The position numbers and the translations under genes are program-made. The notes under the pieces are model-generated. The model saw nothing but the letters and a program-made list of their open reading frames with translations, had not been told where the DNA came from and searched no databases. Source: Selaginella moellendorffii (Eukaryota; Plantae; Lycopodiophyta). Taken from it: a stretch of 64,000 nucleotides of DNA. The stretch's first letter is position 1, and every line of letters starts with the position of its first letter. Where the stretch lies: contig NW_003314263.1 of assembly GCF_000143415.4 (NCBI RefSeq), positions 3,792,451 through 3,856,450 of the forward strand, written 5' to 3'. Of this stretch, positions 10,114 to 26,200 are shown piece after piece.

Positions 10114-13100
10114 CTATTGCAGTAAATCCTGTTGCTGCTTCAACGAGGCTCTCGAGTAAGCACCAATGCCGCCGCGAAGAGAATGAGAACTCCTTCCTCG
10201 GCCCCTCATCCCTGACGATGCTGCTGGAGGCGGCGGTGGCGCGAGCTTGAGTGGCGGCTGAGACTGGCCTGGCGACGAGAAGAAATCGTCCAGCTTGGTA
10301 GCAATGCCGTTGTTGTTGTGATTCTTGTTGTTGTTGATGCTGTTGATGCTGCTGCTGCTGCTGCTGCTCAGGGAGGAAGCCACTCCGTATACCGCGTTGC
10401 CAGAGCTGTTTCGCGGAGGCCAATCTGCGAATGGATCGAAATCGTCTCCAAAGGAACTGCTCACGTCTGGTGCCCCGGACGAGAAGCTTTGAGTGGTGCT
10501 AGCTCCAACTGTGCCTGTGCCTGCTTTCGGTGGCCACTCCCAGTCCAGAGGCATGCCCCCTGAAATTGTTGGCGTCGGAGTTCTCTCGTTGAGAGGCCTG
10601 GCATTTGGAGTAGAAAAGTCTGGCGAGACAGGCTTCTCTGGCTTTGTCGTGGATGAGAAAATGGAACTCTCTGCTGGTGTTGTTGTCGCGGAAGAGAAGA
10701 TGGCGGCAACCTGCTCAGGTTTTGTGGCTGAAGAAATCGCCTGCGTTTTGGAAACTCCCGAGCTCCAGTAGTCCGCGTCCCAGCTGTTTCCCTTGGTTGA
10801 CGGGGGCCCTCCGTTCATACTGATCCCTTCTTTGGCTGCCTCGCCATCCTTGAGTCCCCGCTTCTCTTCAATTTCCCTGCCGAAAAAGAAGCTTGTTATC
10901 AACTGCGGGTCCCTAGAATAGCAATGAAATGATTGGCGAACCTCAATATTTCCTTCACAAACTGCATGTACTTCGTGAATTGCTGAAGATTAAGCTGCTG
11001 AGCCGTCAATAGTGGTGTCAAGAGTGGTAACAAATGTTCGGCAGCAAATTCCACGCCAAACTGTGACAAAGCAGTGAGTCCAGTAAACTTTGCAAGAAAC
11101 AAGATAGTACTTGTTTGTAACTGGCATCGGCAACCCCCAGGGTGCACATTAGAGTTGGAGCAGAATGATCCACAGCGGTACATCGTTGCAATGTTTGTAA
11201 AACTTCTTTGAATGAGTTTTTATCCAGTCGAGGGACAAGCTCACCCAGACACAAAAGTGCATTTACGCGAACCTGCAGAAAGGAACACGGTGTGAAAAAG
11301 AAAAATTCAAAGAAACCATAAAGTCTTACCGCAGCTATTGTTGTCTTCAAAGCCAGGCCGTGTATTCTGGGTAAGATCGACTGCTTAAGAATCTGCAAGC
11401 CAGTGTGACGAGGTTACCAGAAGAGATGCTGACACACCCACCTGATAATCTATTTGTTTAGCAATGCCAATTGTACGTTTTAACACTTCCTCTTGCATCC
11501 TCGCATCTGGATCATCGTATGCCCGAACGAGCATTGGAACAACACTCGTCGATAGATGTTCTGAGGTAACCTGGAACAAGTGAAAAGAACAAGCTTAAGG
11601 CAACAGACCTTTAAAAGTGCACAAGAGTACCTTGTACCTTATTTATCAATAACGCAGCATGTTTAACCAGCAATAAAAGAGATTCGCCTGTTGCTGAGCT
11701 CAAGACAGGGAGCAATGCTGGAAGAGTCGAGGATTCAAAATCAGCCTTTTCCTGCAGCAGTATACTAAGCTCCCTAGGTGAACTCGATATATATACTTTT
11801 ACAACATAGGAAAAGAAAAAGGAAACAGACCTGAGACTCGGCAATTGTAAGAACCATTGGCAGCACCATCGGAAGCATGACCACATTTCTCAGCTCCAAG
11901 CAAAGCGGCGGCAATACCTGGCTTACAACACTGTTAGTAAAACATGGATTCGCACGTGGGTATGACTGCAAACCTTGTAACGGAGCACACGAGGATCGAA
12001 TTCCGTCCACATGCCTGAAAGCGCTTTTAAGAAGTCAGATTTCTGGATGTTGTCTCGTTCCTATAACCATCCCAGTTGGTTATTTCTTCGAAACAGTAGC
12101 AGTAACTTACAAGCATATGATCCAAAAATCTTAGTGCTCTCAGTCTTGTATCTTCTCGGAAGAATGGGGAACCTTGATGAAAAACAGAGAGAAAAAATCG
12201 GTATCACGGTTATCAAGAAAAACCTACGCGTACCAGTGAATTCTGAGGCAGTTGGTCTGGAAAGCTCTGCCGGGCTCAGCATACGTTTCAAATCATGTAC
12301 AAGCTCGGGAGGAATCTTTGAAAAGCTTGCACTAGCCAGATACTGTACCTTGGCCTTGTACTGCATAGAAGCAAGGCAAATATGGATTAGACATTCATAT
12401 CACCTGCCAATGCTTGGAGGCCTTACCGCTCTTAGATTGTTCTTGCACAGCACCAAAGGTTCACGAGACAGGAGATGGTATATAAGGCATCCCAAACTGA
12501 AAATGTCAGAACATGATCCCGGGTTCCCATTACTTCGCGTTAGCTCTGGCGCGGTATAATTCAATGGTGGTTGCAGCGGCATCACAACTTCGTCCACATC
12601 ATACTCCTGAAGACACGGATACTCAATGAGCACTTCTCACGCAAGCTGGTATGAGTTACACGTACTGGATAGAGAAAAGATGCTCCCGCCCCAGCTTCAG
12701 CAGCTGTTTGTTCTACAGTCGCTGCGAATCCAAACCCGCCGAACTTCCAGGATCCAGTGGATGTGATAAAAACTGACTGCGGAGAAAACCGAATTAATTG
12801 ATGAGAAGCTACTGTGATTCACAGCCTACCTCGGGTGATATGGCTCTGTGAACAAGCTGCGCATTGTTGTGCAAGAAACTCAGAGTTTCCGTTAGCTGGA
12901 GCAGTCCGTGTTTGATCTCCAAGAGCCCAAGCTCCTGCAAAGAAGATTTACTCTTTTTCACTTATAGAAGAAACAGCATACGTACCAAGCCTCTGAGCTC
13001 TTTAGGTGTCTTTGAAACGTTTTCCAAGTTGCCAAGAACATTCGCGACCGACGCAAAGATTGGTTCCGTCACCATCGCCATTGCCGTCTTGCTCTCGTCC

Positions 13101-13477
13101 AGCGCCTGGACCACTCGAAGAACTCCCGGATGCCTCAATTTGAGCATCTGCCCCGCATCAGCCCTCACAACCTCTAGAAACGCATCCTCTGCCGCCTTGG
13201 TGATTCCAATCCTCTGCCTCGTCTCCGACAAGAGCTTCTTATCTAGAACCCACACACAGACCTCGGGATTGTGAGCGTGCTCGGCCTTGTTCCTTGGCCG
13301 TCCCGAGTAGAGCTTCCACGCAAGGGCCGGACCTCCCGACCCGATCTGCTCAACCAGCTCGTAATCCTGGAGCGGCTTGGGCCCGGTCACCTCCTGGACG
13401 GTGCTCTGGACGTGCTTCTCGATCACCGCGGCGGTCTTGGCAAGCGCCTGCGTCAGGCTCTTCATGTTGAGCGCCAT
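10114..13477 (-). CDS. SCYL2: SCY1-like (pseudo)kinase 2, multi-exon
   Basis: [54 protein letters not shown] and LNYTAPEL motifs, HEAT-repeat exons, and a C-terminal [12 protein letters not shown]...DLL tail. Many ~50-bp introns. Confidence 0.92.
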
Positions 13478-13734
13478 TGCGTGGATCTACCGATCGCCTG
13501 CGCCGCGATCTAGCATAATACCAATGCGGCGATCCCAGCTGCGGCTTACATTCCACGGCGCCAGCGCCCGGCGACCTTCCTCCAGCGCTAGAACCCTAAA
13601 AATCTCTAAAACCGGGCTCACTGGAATCGAGCCGGGGCCGAAGAAAAGAATCGGCATCGCCCTAAACGAATATTCTTAAAATTTGAAAAACAATATATGT
13701 GAATTCAAACTTTTAAAAATCGGCGGGAGGCCGG

Positions 13735-15689
<1,955 letters not shown>

Positions 15690-15896
15690 CTAAAGAATGC
15701 TGGAATCTAAAGCAGGAAATCAAGAAGAGAAGCTCTTGATCGACGGGCGATGGATCGAAAAAGAGCAAACGAGATCTCCCTAAAAGCTCGTCGCGCTCGC
15801 GGCTCGCTTTTTATACTTACCTGGCAGGGAGCTGTTTGGCGCGGGGGGGATCACGCAGTAACCGCCCCTTTCAGCCGACAACCGCGAACTGTCCCA

Positions 15897-15914
15897 TGAA
15901 CTGTCAGCCGGCAT
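15897..15914. promoter_or_regulatory. 18-bp motif TGAACTGTCAGCCGGCAT shared by both alpha-tubulin upstream regions (second copy 17787-17804)
   Basis: Exact 18-bp match about 200-250 bp upstream of each ATG in otherwise diverged sequence. TAACCGCC..TTCAGC is also shared (15859 and 17753). Confidence 0.65.
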
Positions 15915-16032
15915 AGCCACCGAGGAACCCTAAGCCCTAGCAAAATAAGTTCCCGCCCAAAGAACATAGAATATCCCCGCGTTTGAATTTAAACAGGAAA
16001 AGCCAGCGGGAAGGGGCTTCGTCTTTACCACT

Positions 16033-17678
<1,646 letters not shown>

Positions 17679-17878
17679 CTAGGGTTTTGTGATCGGGAGA
17701 ATGGCGCTAAGAACCCCCCGCGCCCAGCGTCACGATTTTAACCGCCGTCAAATAACCGCCATGTTCAGCTGAAGTGGAAGGCCGGCTGAACTGTCAGCCG
17801 GCATTGGAAGTTCCCAAGATTCGAACCCATGACCGTTGATATTTAGGGCAAAGGGGCAAATTAGGGCAGACAAGAGCG

Positions 17879-18663
17879 ATGATTGATGCCGTGCTCGTGA
17901 TGAACACGCAGGGGAAGCCGCGGCTCGCCAAGTTTTACAAATCGCTGGTAGGATTTGGTTTTTGCTAGCGCTTGCTGATCGATCGATGGAATTTTTAGAG
18001 TCCAGTGAAGCAGCAAGAGATTGTGAGGAAGGTCTACACTGGTAAGATTTTCTTTTGCGTGCCTTGGAGGTTTGTGATGGTTTTCTTTGGGAAGGTTTGT
18101 CTAGCAGAGCGGAGCATTTTTGTAACTTTGTCGAGGCGGATGAGATCTTTGGAGCTGTGAGTTTTCATTTCTCTCCTCCTTTATTTTCTTTTGAAGGGAG
18201 AGCTAAGATCTTGGACAGGGGACGAAGCTAGTTTACAAGCATTTCGCGACGCTCTATTTCGTGTTTGTGATCGATAGTGGAGAGAGCGAGCTGGGAATTC
18301 TCGATCTTATACAAGGTAACACTTTGTTACTTCGAAGATCCCGTTTCATTCACTGGGAAAAATTATAGTTTTTGTGGAGACTTTGGATAGCATCTTTAAG
18401 AACGTCTGTGAACTCGACATTGTATTTAACTTCAACAAGGTGTGATCATCCATTTTTTCTCTGTTTGTGATCTTACTCTTTTTTTTACCACTTCCAGGTA
18501 AACACTGTTCTTGATGAAATAGTGATGGGAGGCCAAGTTGTGGAGACTAACTCCACGGAGATTGTCAAATCTGTCCAAGAAATTTTTAAGTAAGTTCCTA
18601 TCTGGTTTTTTTCTTGGCGTGCAAGTAAAGTTCTACTTTTTCCACAGGCTAGAGCGAGGATGA
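17879..18663 (+). CDS. AP3S: AP-3 complex subunit sigma, multi-exon
   Basis: Manual translation [58 protein letters not shown]|[20 protein letters not shown]|[22 protein letters not shown]. Confidence 0.9.
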
Positions 18664-18790
18664 AAAAAGAAAAAACGAATTTTTTGTGTTTTTTTTAATT
18701 GGAACTCACTCTCACTCACAAAATTGTTCTAGAAGCCGCATTGGAAACAAAGATGGAAAACTCGCTCGATCTCTCTCGAGCTGGAAGAAG

Positions 18791-19060
18791 TTACGCGAGA
18801 AACAATCTGGAAGACGACTGGAAGTATGGAACGATGATCGGCGCTGAGGGTGCTGCTGGGAACGCTGGTGTCGATGGCTTGTTCTTCGCCTGGAGATCAT
18901 GGCTGTGATCTCCCTTGTTCATCTTCTTCCCCTCCTGGATCAGAGCCTTGAGATCACAGTCATGATCCTTCTTCTTGGCGATCGAGAAGGAATAGCAGCC
19001 GCAGAGAACAATCTTGTTGTCGTCGTTGCTGTCGCTGGGAAGAACTTCTGGAGCACCCAT
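18791..19060 (-). CDS. Small uncharacterised protein (89 aa) ending in APIIVPYFQSSSRLFLA
   Basis: ATG-initiated ORF with TATATAAAT about 55 bp upstream on the minus strand (19116-19124). The C-terminal VPYF..SRL motif recalls small conserved plant proteins. Confidence 0.5.
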   Translation of the reverse strand: MGAPEVLPSDSNDDNKIVLCGCYSFSIAKKKDHDCDLKALIQEGKKMNKGDHSHDLQAKNKPSTPAFPAAPSAPIIVPYFQSSSRLFLA

Positions 19061-19240
19061 TGATCGCTCTCGAAAAGCTGGAGGCTGGAGGACGAAGAGA
19101 GGTTTACGAGCCTTGATTTATATACTGGAAAAACACCGCCTCCCATTTTATGTTAAGCCAGCCCCAAAAAGCTTTAAACCAAGCACATTCTTTCAGCCGA
19201 TCCATGCAGATTCTCAGATTCTAAGAAAACGTACTTGAAA

Positions 19241-20364
19241 TTAGTGGTCTTCTTTTAGAGCCTCGAATTCTGTGGAGAAACGAATGTTGCCGGTCCTAAA
19301 GTCCTCGGATTCTGCGAGAAGAAAAGCGGTGTCAGACGAATGGTTTGTAGCGAGGAGCGAAACTCTCACCGGTTATTACCAAGCACGCAAGTTCCCTGCG
19401 GACATATCTCGCAAAAGCCTGAAAGATCGCGAGAGACATTAGAACTCGAGAAGATAAAACTTGATCTCGCTACTCGACCTGCACGTTAGCCAGTTGAGGA
19501 CCGGATTTTGGCATTGGAGAGTCGTCTTCGGCAAACACATTTCTGTGTCGTGGAAAAAGAGTTAATAACAAAGTTCTTGAACATCTAAGAACTGGCATAC
19601 CTCCAAAGAGCACGCTCCAAATCTTCTTTCATGGAAGATCCGCTTAGAGCTTTGTCGTAAGCTACAGAGGCTCCATAGAAGTTCTTCTCGAGTTCCTTGA
19701 GCCACTTGGTGATTATCATTGTCATCTTTACCTGCGAAACGAGAGCAAAATTCCATCTTTTAGAAAGAATGCGAGAAAGAAAAGTATTCACGCACCCCTT
19801 CTTTGTAAATCCTTTGCTCCAAATCCAGATTGAAAACCTCGTACATCGTCTGCCCGATGTTCTCTCCCTTCTCTTCAGTCCGGAGCCTCACAAGAACCAT
19901 CCACACGTGCAGCAAAAGCATCGCGTGGACAGTCCGGAACTTCTTCTCAAGTCCAAAGCCTGGAAAGAAAGAAGAACAAAAAAAAATCTGTCAAGAACGA
20001 GCAAAGACCAACCAAACAACGAGCAAAATCAAACCAACTTACTCGAATAGAGCTCCGGATTCTCGACCTGGCTAGTGATCCGCGCATACAGCCGCTTGGC
20101 TCCACGAATTCGCGTGCTCTCTTTGCTGTAGAATCCAAGAACCTTGAGCATCAGGCCCCGGAATCCGCCCGGATGGGGCTCCACGTAGCGGATCATGGAG
20201 TCTGGCGGCAGCGCGAGCGAGCAGGGCTTGATCTTGTATCCAAATGCGTCCTCGAGACTTGCCTGCTCTGGCGCCGGGGCCGCCGCCGTTGCCATGGCCG
20301 CGCGTAATCTCCACCATGCCGCCGGTGGCCCAAGGCCGCGCGACCCTCGCCTAAGTAGCGCCAT
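19241..20364 (-). CDS. UQCC1: Ubiquinol-cytochrome c reductase complex assembly factor (UQCC1/Cbp3-like), multi-exon
   Basis: Mitochondrial presequence, then FYSKESTRIRGAKRLY..FGLEKKFRTVHAMLLLHVWMVLVRLR..KWLKELEKNFYG..AYD..LWRNVF..FARYVRRE, with the last exon ending ALKEDH*. Confidence 0.85.
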
Positions 20365-20409
20365 TCTCTTTTTGCCCTAACCTCTACTCTCTCTCTCTCT
20401 CTTTCATTC

Positions 20410-21180
20410 CCTGCCCATTGAGGGCATTGGCAAGTCTTTGTGGAACTTTCTCTTTAGGTGATAATAGCACATTCTTTCTTTGTTTTAAAACTCCATTGTC
20501 TTGATGGCCCTTGGAAGAACTCCTTTCTCTATTACAGTGTGTTGGCCCATTATGGGCATACTGATAAATTTTTAATTTTTTTTCTCCATTGAGGGCATTT
20601 TCTCTATTATCTTGATAACAGTGTGCTATGGCTCAATTTGCCTAATGCCCACAATTAGGCCAACACACTGCCTAATTAGTTCTTAAGTTCTTAAGTTATG
20701 AACTTACCAAAGTTCATAAGTGCCTTGTTTTAGAAGAACTTCCTTCGCTATTATCTTAATAACAGTGTGTTGGGCCTCCCAAATGCCTATTGAGGGTAAC
20801 CTTTTTGCTTGGTGGTGTTTTAGAAGAACTTCTGTAACAGTGTGCCCAATGCCCATTGAGGGCATACTGGTAAGTCTTAAGAACTTCCTTCTCTATACCA
20901 GTGTTGGCCATGCCCAGTGCCCATTGGGGGTGTTTTTTTATAACTTTCTTCTGCAATGCTGGTAGGTTTTTTGCCTGAGATGTTGGCCCTGCCCAATGTT
21001 GAGGGGCATACTGGTAAATTCTTTGTTTTAGAAGAACTTCTCTCTTGTCTTGATAACAAGGTGGCCATACTGGTAAGTTTCTTATTGAAATTCTTTATTG
21101 TCTTGATAATAATGTGTTATGCCCATTGAGGGCATTTTTGGAAGCATTTCCTTCGCTATTGTTTTGATAACAAAGTGTTG
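20410..21180. repeat. Degenerate tandem repeat array (~60-80 bp units) with palindromic core TGCCC-ATTGA-GGGCA
   Basis: Recurrent gcccattgagggcat(actggtaag), agaagaacttc and tcttgataacagtgtgttggcc blocks at about 20412, 20546, 20586, 20784, 20850, 20920, 20990 and 21120. Confidence 0.75.
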
Positions 21181-22070
21181 GGAGAACAGAGTCTCTTTTC
21201 TCTTTCCCGAGGAAATGAGAGGTGATCTTTTGCTGGTGGAAGGACAGAAATCGAGAGCTCGCTGTTTTAATGGATTGCGATTACGATATTGATCGATTCA
21301 ATGCAAACAACTAGTCCCGTGAAAAGTTAAGCTTCCAAATCCGGATCAAACGGAGTGTGATATCAGGAGGAAGAATTTCACGAGTAAAGTTCGTACGCAA
21401 CTATAAGAGTGTCGTGTTAATTGATGGCTGGCCGGCCAGTCTGTGTGACACTGCTGCGAGAAAGAAGGAAGAAAAAGTGCAGAGAAAAAAAGGATTTTTT
21501 TTGGTTCATGAGTCAGTCACGGGGCCGAGCCTAGCAAAAACGACTTTTTTCGTGCATAAATGCCCAGTTTTTTCAGGTTTTTTTTCTCTCCTTTTTTTTG
21601 TGAGCAGCAGTCAAGCAAGGTTGCTGCTGTTGCAGCTTCAATCACTCTCATTTGATCTCTTGTTTGTCCACTGCAGCGGAATTGTTTTCCTTTCGTTTAC
21701 TTTCTCTTCTTTCTTTCCGAAGAGTTGCTCTCAATTGCGATCTCTTCTTTTGTCTCCGCTTGCTAGGAGGAAGAACGGCAAAAAAGAAAAAAAGAGAAAA
21801 AAAACCCAAAGCAAGAACACCATAGCCAGGACCTTAAAGTTGGATCATGTAGTACTACTCAATGGCTCCAAGTGTGTGAGTTTATTTTCTCTCTCCTAGT
21901 TTTTTTTTCCTTTCCTGGGTCGAGTCGAGCGAGGGAAGGCTTTGATGATGGCGAGTGGCACTGGAGCCTGGCGCTCTTAGCTGCATTGTTCTTCACTTGG
22001 GTCTTGCCAAACGGCCGTAAGGATTCGTGGGTTTCTCCCAAGAAGACTGTTCTCTCGCTCTTCCCTGATC

Positions 22071-23143
22071 ATGTCTCTCGTCGCCCTGGCGGCAGCAGCA
22101 CCGCCATCACCACCGAGCTCCTCCAGCGGCAATGTAGCTTCCGCCGCCTCCACTCCACCGCCAAGCTCTTCCTCCTCTTGTTCCTCCTCCTCCTCATCGT
22201 CCTCCTCGTCCATCCAGAGCGACGAGTTTGCGATGGCTTCTACGCGGCAGCTCTCCGACACCACCGAGTCCATCGACTCCGACTTGGACTCCATCGAAGA
22301 GGAAGAAGAAGTGGGAGGAGAGATAGAAGACGAGGAAGAAGATGGAGGAGGGACGAGTAACTTGGGCCCGATCATCTCACTCAAGCAACACCTCGAGCTC
22401 GACAAGGTAAGCGAAGCTTTTCCTCCATCCCCAAGAGCTAACGAAGCAAATCATCCAGGAGGACGAAAGCTTGCGGAGGTGGAAGGAACAGCTCCTTGGT
22501 CTTGACAAGAATCTCCTCCTCGACATGGATGGTTTGTAGCCTCGATCGAATTCTCCACAAAAATCCAATTTTTTTTCTTCAAACAGGTGTTGCTGCTGGC
22601 GAGATGGAGCCGGCTGTGAAAGTCCTGACGCTGGGAATCGAGGCCGAGGGCCGTCCACACTTAAAACTCTCGCTCCCCTTCGCTTCCAAGAGCCATGCGT
22701 TCACTCTCAAGGAAGGCTCGAGCTATCGGCTTTGTTTCACCTTCGTTGTCAGTCACAACATCGTCTCAGGCCTCACTTACGTGAACACTGTCTGGAAGAA
22801 TGGCCTTCGAGGTACGCACAAAGCTCAAAGCTGGCTCTTTCAGATCTTTCCCTGTCTTAAACTTAGCAAAACGCGATTTTTACAGTGGATCACACTCGAA
22901 CAATGCTAGGAACTTTTGGACCCCGGGCAGAGCCTTACACTCACTTCACTGACGAGGAGACAACACCCTGTGGGATTCTAGCTCGCGGTTCTTACTCGGC
23001 AAAGACAAAGGTATGAATGAGATCCCGAAACTTCGCAATCGCTCTCACTCACTCTCACTCGATCAAAACAGTTCCTAGATGACGACAAGAGATGTTATCT
23101 GGAGCTGGACTACACATTTAACATCAGAAAGGACTGGCACTGA
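22071..23143 (+). CDS. RopGDI: Rho/ROP GDP-dissociation inhibitor, 5 exons
   Basis: LGPIISLKQHLELDK|EDESLRRWKEQLLG..EPAVKV..FTLKEGSSYRL.F.VSHNIVSGLTYVNTVWK..MLGTFGPRAEPY..ARGSYSAKTK|FLDDDKRCYLELDYTFNIRKDWH*. Confidence 0.92.
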
Positions 23144-23243
23144 CCCAAGACTCGTAAGCGTTTAACGCAAGAAGAACAAAAAAATCCAGTTTTTTCTTCG
23201 TTTCTTTCCTCCAGCATGCAAGCAAGCAAGCAGCAAGCAGTGC

Positions 23244-26200
23244 TTAACTCACATGAATTGTGAATGGAGGACTGCTGTAACACTGGCTTTTGTGTTGTTG
23301 CTTCTTTCCAACAGAGTTTATTTGAGCAACACCGACTAGACTGTACTCACCTGGAACGAGAAAGCACAGCTCGAACGAGTGAATGTGTTGGCCCTGCGAA
23401 GCACTGATGCTGGCTTCAATCCCACTCATGCTTCCTGCTCGAGAAGATCGACGATCGATCAGTCCAACCAAAACCAAGGAGGAAGTGCCAACTTACCAGA
23501 CCACATTACCGAATTTAGGCAACTAGACGAAGTCACGTCCAGGCAAGTGACGCTCAGCTCCATGGAGATCTCATCTTTCGTGTTGTTGGTCACGATCATC
23601 TCGACTGGAGTGAGATCGCAAGCCTTTACCGAACGCTGGCCATTGTTCTGCTCGCTCGCCAGCCGGAAGTTAAACGTGAGAGGATTGGACGCTAGAATCT
23701 GTGACATGGACTCCTGGACCGCTGCGCGAATGGCATCCGCAACTTGGAGCTCGCCAACGCTGTTTCGTCCCCACTGCCACCTAAACTTCACCTGGTTGAT
23801 GCTCGTCGAGACTTCCCCTGGTTTGATCTCATCTCTTTCAGAGCTTCCAGTGATCCCGAGCTTGTCGAAAGGTATGAGAACGCGAGAGCTACACTTGCAA
23901 TCAATCCGGCTGCTGCTTTTGTAGCCTCCATCTTCCTTCTCGTCACCCACACTAACCTGTATCTCGAATGGAACCTCAGCGGGATTCCATAGCTCCAGCT
24001 CCAAGAATTGTAAACTCCAGCATCCTCTGTAAGGATCGATCCTCAGTGGTGGTGATCTTTCTTCGGTGCTGTTGACTAAAGCTGGAACTTCCATGGAAAG
24101 TAGACGAGCTTGCACCAAAGAGAGTCCTTTTTTTACGTGTAGTTGCAAAGGAAGAGCGAGCTGCCTTCCTAGGGGTGTAGAATGATCGCTCTCTGGACCT
24201 GGAAGTAGAGGAAGTGTAAGAACTTTGTACTACAAGCTCTTGCAAAAGAGAACAAAACTTGCCTGCGTAGTGAACGAGAACAAGTGGATGAACTCCGCGA
24301 TTGTTCTCTGGATTTGTTTCAAGGCCAGCTCGAATCTCCACTGGAACCAAAACGCGAGCGCCTGGAGCTAGAGGGAGTGCTGCCTCGAGAGCTTCGTGGT
24401 TGATACGAATGGAATGCTCCTTTTGCTTCGTGCTGACGCTCAAGCTGGCTTCCAAGACGGCCACACTCCCGGCATTGGCGAGCGCGATCTCGACTTCACG
24501 GCTTTCTCCTTCGTGCATCACTATGTCTCCATCGCCGCCGACGATGTGAGCAGATAGTAAAGGCAACGGTGGTGCCACCGGAATGCTCCCAGCTGGTGTA
24601 AACTTGTCCCTGTGATGTTCACCTCGAAAGGGATCCACCAAAGTCGAGCCTTTGGCCGCCAGAGCCACCATTTCTTCCACTTCCTCAAAGAGATGCTCGG
24701 TCACCACGCCAGTGAAGTTGACAAAGCATCCCCGTACCGTAACGCTGCCTGTTTCTCTCGGAACTCCCGACAGAGTTAGAATCTGCGATGTGTTGGGAGG
24801 CAGTGTGAGTGACACCGGCGAAGCCTCGAAAGCAGCACCATCGACCGAGAGAGCTATGGACTCGGCAGTGACTTGGAACGTAGACGGGTTTGCCACAGCG
24901 ACGAGAACTTCCACCATCTCGTCCACCACCCAAGTGATAGTATCCTTGCTGCTACCGCTGCTGTTGCCACTGGCCGTGTTGTTTGCTTTGCTCGCTGTGG
25001 CGGACATTGGAGTGTAGATAAAAGGACCAGTCGAGGCCGTGGATTCAATCCACCACTCTTTCTTTCCAGCAACTTTCCGGATGATCTGTGTTTGTGGCTG
25101 CGATGGACACGAAGGTAGCGAGAGCAACCTGGTGAAAAGAACTCTCTTAGAGATGCTACGAAAACGACGAGCTTTGTACCTTATAAACGGGAGAGAAGGG
25201 ACTGAGCAGCGAGTTCCAGGGGGTAGCCTTGCAGAAGCACTGACGAGCGCGGCAACCAAGCTGGCCTGAGCGAAGGGTGTGATGTATGGGTAGTGATATC
25301 TCAGCAGTCTCGCTCCAGCACTCCAGGCAAGTAATGGATCGCCTGCTCGGACAGCGGCCGCTAACACATCACCCAGCACATTAATTTGCAGAGCGTTCCA
25401 ATCCCCTGACACTACCTCTGGTGACGTCTCGCATGAATCGCTTTGATCAGGCTCCTTTTGCTACAAGAAAAAAAAAACCACAAGTGAGAACACACAAGGA
25501 TAGGAATAAAACTTCGAAAACTTTGGAAGTGTTTCTCAGAGAAGAACTAAAAGCTTACCTTGATCGAAGACTTGTTTACGTATTCCACGCCGTAGGATCT
25601 GGCAGCGAGCAAGAGAAGCTGCAGTGCGCTGTTTGCAGCCTTGGTGGTTTCTTGCGATTGATAGTAATGGGCTACTTGACGGGAGAAGAACGCAGACTTT
25701 CGCTCGTAACCAAGAGTCCCAAAAATGCGAGCCACCTCCACGAACAACACAACCTGGTCGTTGACATCGGTTAAGTTTCTTCCGACTTCCACGGCGTTGC
25801 TGAGAAGCTCGCAGACTTCTCTCGACAGCTCGTTTCCACGCTCCCTTCTGTGCAACAAAGGCAAAATCTTGTCTTTCCTTTAGTTCCTAGAAAATCCACA
25901 AGGTTTTACCGGCAGAGGAAGCGAGCCAGTTTCAGTTGTGCCTCGACTTCGAATATATATGCAGAACAACTGAAAAAGAAGAAAGACAAAGTGAGAATTG
26001 TGTCGAGTTTCGAGTGATACATACCGCCTGTATAGCTGAATGGCTTCGTAGTATTTATATCGCACCTCATCCTCGAGAAGTATGTCTGATTCAACACCCG
26101 GGGTTACCTGCAAGCTTCATATATCAGAAACAAAGATGAAAGATAGCGGGAAGAACTTGAGATCTTACGACAAGAGCGCAAATGCTGCCTTCGATCTCGC

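Noticed and set aside
15813-15860. ATACTTACCTGGCAGGG, identical to the 5' end of U1 snRNA, followed by GATCACG
   Set aside because: No loop II ATTGCAC, no Sm site and no U1 fold downstream. On the minus strand it overlaps the tubulin TATA box (GGTAAGTATAAAAA), so it is most likely chance.
20410-21180. CRISPR-like palindromic repeat array
   Set aside because: Eukaryotic context, degenerate repeats, intervening sequences similar to each other, no cas genes.
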